Positions 60,803-64,000 of a stretch of DNA of 64,000 nt are shown here, one piece after another. Position numbers and translations under genes: made by a program. Origin of the DNA: Macrostomum lignano (taxonomy: Eukaryota); the NCBI GenBank assembly GCA_002269645.1, contig NIVC01002020.1, positions 124,001 through 188,000 on the forward strand. The letters run 5' to 3'. The notes under the pieces were generated by a model. That model was not told where the DNA came from. It did not search any database and saw only the letters and a program-made list of their open reading frames with translations. Positions within the stretch are counted from its first letter, which is position 1. Each line of letters opens with the position of its first letter.

Positions 60803-63800
60803 ATGTCCCACAAATCAAGTGTCTTCATCTGCGCTCGCTGGCTTGGCACCGCCCTCAGGCCATCCACCGCCAGCCTCACCGCCGAGGCCGTTGACCCGCT
60901 GCGAAGTCGCCTGCTGCTGCTGGACAGCCTGAAGCCGGAGGACCTGACCGCCACCCTGGCTGATGGACGCCTTCTGCGCCGGCTTCAACGGAGACTGCTG
61001 CGATCGCGGCGCATCAGCAGTCTGCTCTCGGACGGCTACGAAGTCGAGACAGACGCTGACAGCGGCGTAGATCGAGACGGGAACGACAACGACGACGACG
61101 GCGAAGAGGCTGTCCAGCGACGCGTGTCCCAGTTCCTGGAGAGCTGCCGGACGGAGTTCCACCTGCCGGATGAGTACCTGTTCCAGCCGAGCGACCTGCT
61201 GCCTCAGCCGGGCGGTGCTGGCAACCCCGAGCGGGTGCTGCGCTGCCTGCAGGCGCTCAGCCAGTCGGACTCGGTGGCTGCTGCCGGTTTCGCCAACGAC
61301 GCCTTTCTTCCCGCTTCTATTGACGACGTCGCCTTAAGCGTTGACGAAGAGAACTACTCGACACTTGACGACTACTCCTCAGTGCGCTGGGACGCTCCGG
61401 TACTCGACGTGCTCGACGAGCTCATCGTCTTCTTCCGCGCGAGCTGCACCCTGGCGCGACAGCTGCGCGAGTCGCCGCTCAGCGTGTGGCCAGCCGACGC
61501 TGTTGACGCCCTGTTCGGCCGTTCGCCCGACTCGCTTGAAATTTTAGCGAGCCTTCGCGCCAGCCTTCGCAGCAACGAGGAACAGCTGGACGAGGCGCTT
61601 GTGAAGCGGGAAGCGCAGCTGGTGAAGCTGTACTCCGGACTCTGGTGGAATATGATTCTCGTCGGCAACAGGAAACTGAAAGAGCTAAACAAGAGCTGCT
61701 TGGATCAGGTGACTCTCGCCGTGAGAAAGCTGCCGCAAGCGGTTGAGTCGGCGGCAAAGTGCGCCATGGATTTGCAGCAGATGCCGAAGAATCACCTGCG
61801 CAGGCTGATGGCCGCGGTTGAGAAGGCCATGGAACCAGTGAAGGAAACCAATGAAGCAAGGCAGCGACTCCAGGCGTCTTTGGAGCTGCTGAAGCGGGTG
61901 GAAGAGCGAGTCAATCACTGCCTTGGCAATGCGAAAAAGTAAGAATTCACTTTGACTAAAAAATATGCGTACATTCGCATTTAGTTAGCAGTAAGTCCCT
62001 ATTTTTCACTATTTTTCCCCAACTCAAGGCACCTGGAGCCGAGCTGCGCGGAGTTCGACAAGCTCAACTGGCCTCCGCGGTTGCTGTTTTGGGCTACCAA
62101 AGGTCCCACCAAGCTGGGCCGCCTGCGCCATTCGGGCTCGCTGCTGGGCCCGGACGGCAAGCGCCTGCATGCCAGCCTGTGGGATGGAGCCCTGGTCCTG
62201 TCGCAGTCCGGCGAGGTGCTTCACGCCCTGCCGATCGGGCCGGATGCCAAATTCGAGGAGGTCAGCGGCGGCGGCGGTGGCGGCGGCGGCGGAAAGGCCT
62301 TTGCCCTGTCGAAGCGAGGCGCCTCATTTCGGATAATAGTCGGCGGCTCCTCCGAGGAAGCCCTCACGCTGGGCTGCGACTCGGTGGCGGATAGAGAAGT
62401 GTGGCAGAAGGCGTTCAGCCGCGCCCACGGCGTGTGGAGCCCGGCCGGCTTCAACCAGCACGGCCACTGGTTTAGCCGGACCGCTACGTCTCCGGACTTC
62501 CGGCCGCCACCGGACTGTTGCAAGCACTGCGACAAGCTGCTCGGCTGCTGGGCTCACAGGTGCGAACGGTGCAGGGTGTGGCTGCACAAGCGTTGCGTCA
62601 CTGCAGCCTGCTGTCCGAGCAATACGCAGCAGGTGCACATCAGCTGCCGGCCCGTGGCGCCACCGCGCCGAAGCAAGCAATATGCAACTTCTATTCAGAA
62701 GAATCAGAAGCCGCCAGTTGCACAAGTAGGTTTATTTCCCATGTTTTTCAATTATGTTTTTTACGACCTCAAATGCCTCGTTGGTTGGTTGGTTGGTTGG
62801 TTGGTTGGTTGGTTGGTTGGTTGGTTGGTTGGTTGGTTGGTTGGTTGGTTGGTTGGTTGGTTGGTTGGTTGGTTGGTTGGTTGGTTGGTTGGTTGGTTGG
62901 TTGGTTGGTTGGTTGGTTGGTTGGTTGGTTGGTTGGTTGGTTGGTTGGTTGGTTGGTTGGTTGGTTGGTTGGTTGGTTGGTTGGTTGGTTGGTTGGTTGG
63001 TTGGTTGGTTGGTTGGTTGGTTGGTTGGTTGGTTGGTTGGTTGGTTGGTTGGTTGGTTGGTTGGTTGGTTGGTTGGTTGGTTGGTTGGTTGGTTGGTTGG
63101 TTGGTTGGTTGGTTGGTTGGTTGGTTGGTTGGTTGGTTGGTTGGTTGGTTGGTTGGTTGGTTGGTTGGTTGGTTGGTTGGTTGGTTGGTTGGTTGGTTGG
63201 TTGGTTGGTTGGTTGGTTGGTTGGTTGGTTGGTTGGTTGGTTGGTTGGTTGGTTGGTTGGTTGGTTGGTTGGTTGGTTGGTTGGTTGGTTGGTTGGTTGG
63301 TTGGTTGGTTGGTTGGTTGGTTGGTTGGTTGGTTGGTTGGTTGGTTGGTTGGTTGGTTGGTTGGGTTGGTTGGTTGGTTGGTTGGTTGGTTGGTTGGTTG
63401 GTTGGTTGGTTGGTTGGTTGGTTGGTTGGTTGGTTGGTTGGTTGGTTGGTTGGTTGGTTGGTTGGTTGGTTGGTTGGTTGGTTGGTTGGTTGGTTGGTTG
63501 GTTGGTTGGTTGGTTGGTTGGTTGGTTGGTTGGTTGGTTGGTTGGTTGGTTGGTTGGTTGGTTGGTTGGTTGGTTGGTTGGTTGGTTGGTTGGTTGGTTG
63601 GTTGGTTGGTTGGTTGGTTGGTTGGTTGGTTGGTTGGTTGGTTGGTTGGTTGGTTGGTTGGTTGGTTGGTTGGTTGGTTGGTTGGTTGGTTGGTTGGTTT
63701 GGTTGGTTGGTTGGTTGGTTGGTTGGTTGGTTGGTTGGTTGGTTGGTTGGTTGGTTGGTTGGTTGGTTGGTTGGTTGGTTGGTTGGTTGGTTGGTTGGTT

Positions 63801-64000
63801 GGTTGGTTGGTTGTGAGCTACAGGATACAATCAACCCCGCATCCCTCCCAGGAGACTCAGAGCTGGTCCGAGCCGACCCCAGTCGACGCGAAAACCGCTC
63901 GAGTCCGGCTGCGCCAGCTCCCCGAGCTGAAGCCGGGGCGCCGACGCAACTTTCTACTGTGCCCGACGGCGACGGTGACACAGACTTCCAATAGCGATTC
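60803..64000 (+). CDS. Vav-like protein (CH, acidic, degenerate DH, PH, C1, probable SH2 start); exons 60803-61938, 62029-62725, probably 63852 onward; 3' end outside the window
   Basis: CH: [11 protein letters not shown]...[26 protein letters not shown]...VLRCLQALS; acidic Tyr region [11 protein letters not shown]; PH ending DREVWQKAF; C1 HWF...CKHCDKLL...[14 protein letters not shown]; acceptor ccctcccag|gag gives ETQSW...[11 protein letters not shown]...NFLL (SH2-like). Confidence 0.72.
62780..63812. repeat. (GTTG)n microsatellite in the Vav-like intron 2
   Basis: Direct observation; source of WLVG/QPTN ORFs. Confidence 0.98.

Overview
Eukaryotic (metazoan) genomic DNA: GC-rich, poly-Ala/Gln-rich exons, AT-rich intergenic DNA, and introns often filled by tandem repeats. 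This style resembles a free-living flatworm such as Macrostomum (inference only). Seven host genes are supported: a castor/CASZ1 zinc-finger factor (+), an intronless secreted LamG/ConA-like protein (-), a FAM78-like gene (+), CCDC96/CFAP184 (-), GIGYF (+), a Ca2+-independent-looking tandem-C2 synaptotagmin-like gene (+), and a Vav-like gene with a degenerate DH domain running off the right end (+). The 9.2 kb between the divergent CCDC96 and GIGYF starts holds four DNA transposons: a hAT-like MITE, a decayed DD37D maT element, a 3.47 kb Chapaev/CMC-type element and a long-TIR mariner derivative. The Chapaev-type element is the most striking feature. It has ~230 bp TIRs starting with an RSS-heptamer-like CACACTG, a RAG1-like N-terminal Zn motif, a RAG1/Transib-like DDE+Zn core, and only one frameshift. 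It sits in a 112-bp tandem repeat whose other copies show the empty site. The window also has two tRNA-derived SINE families, a 36-bp TIR-only micro-element with a target duplication, and about 25 micro/minisatellite arrays. All calls are by eye from the sequence and ORF track; no database searches were run.
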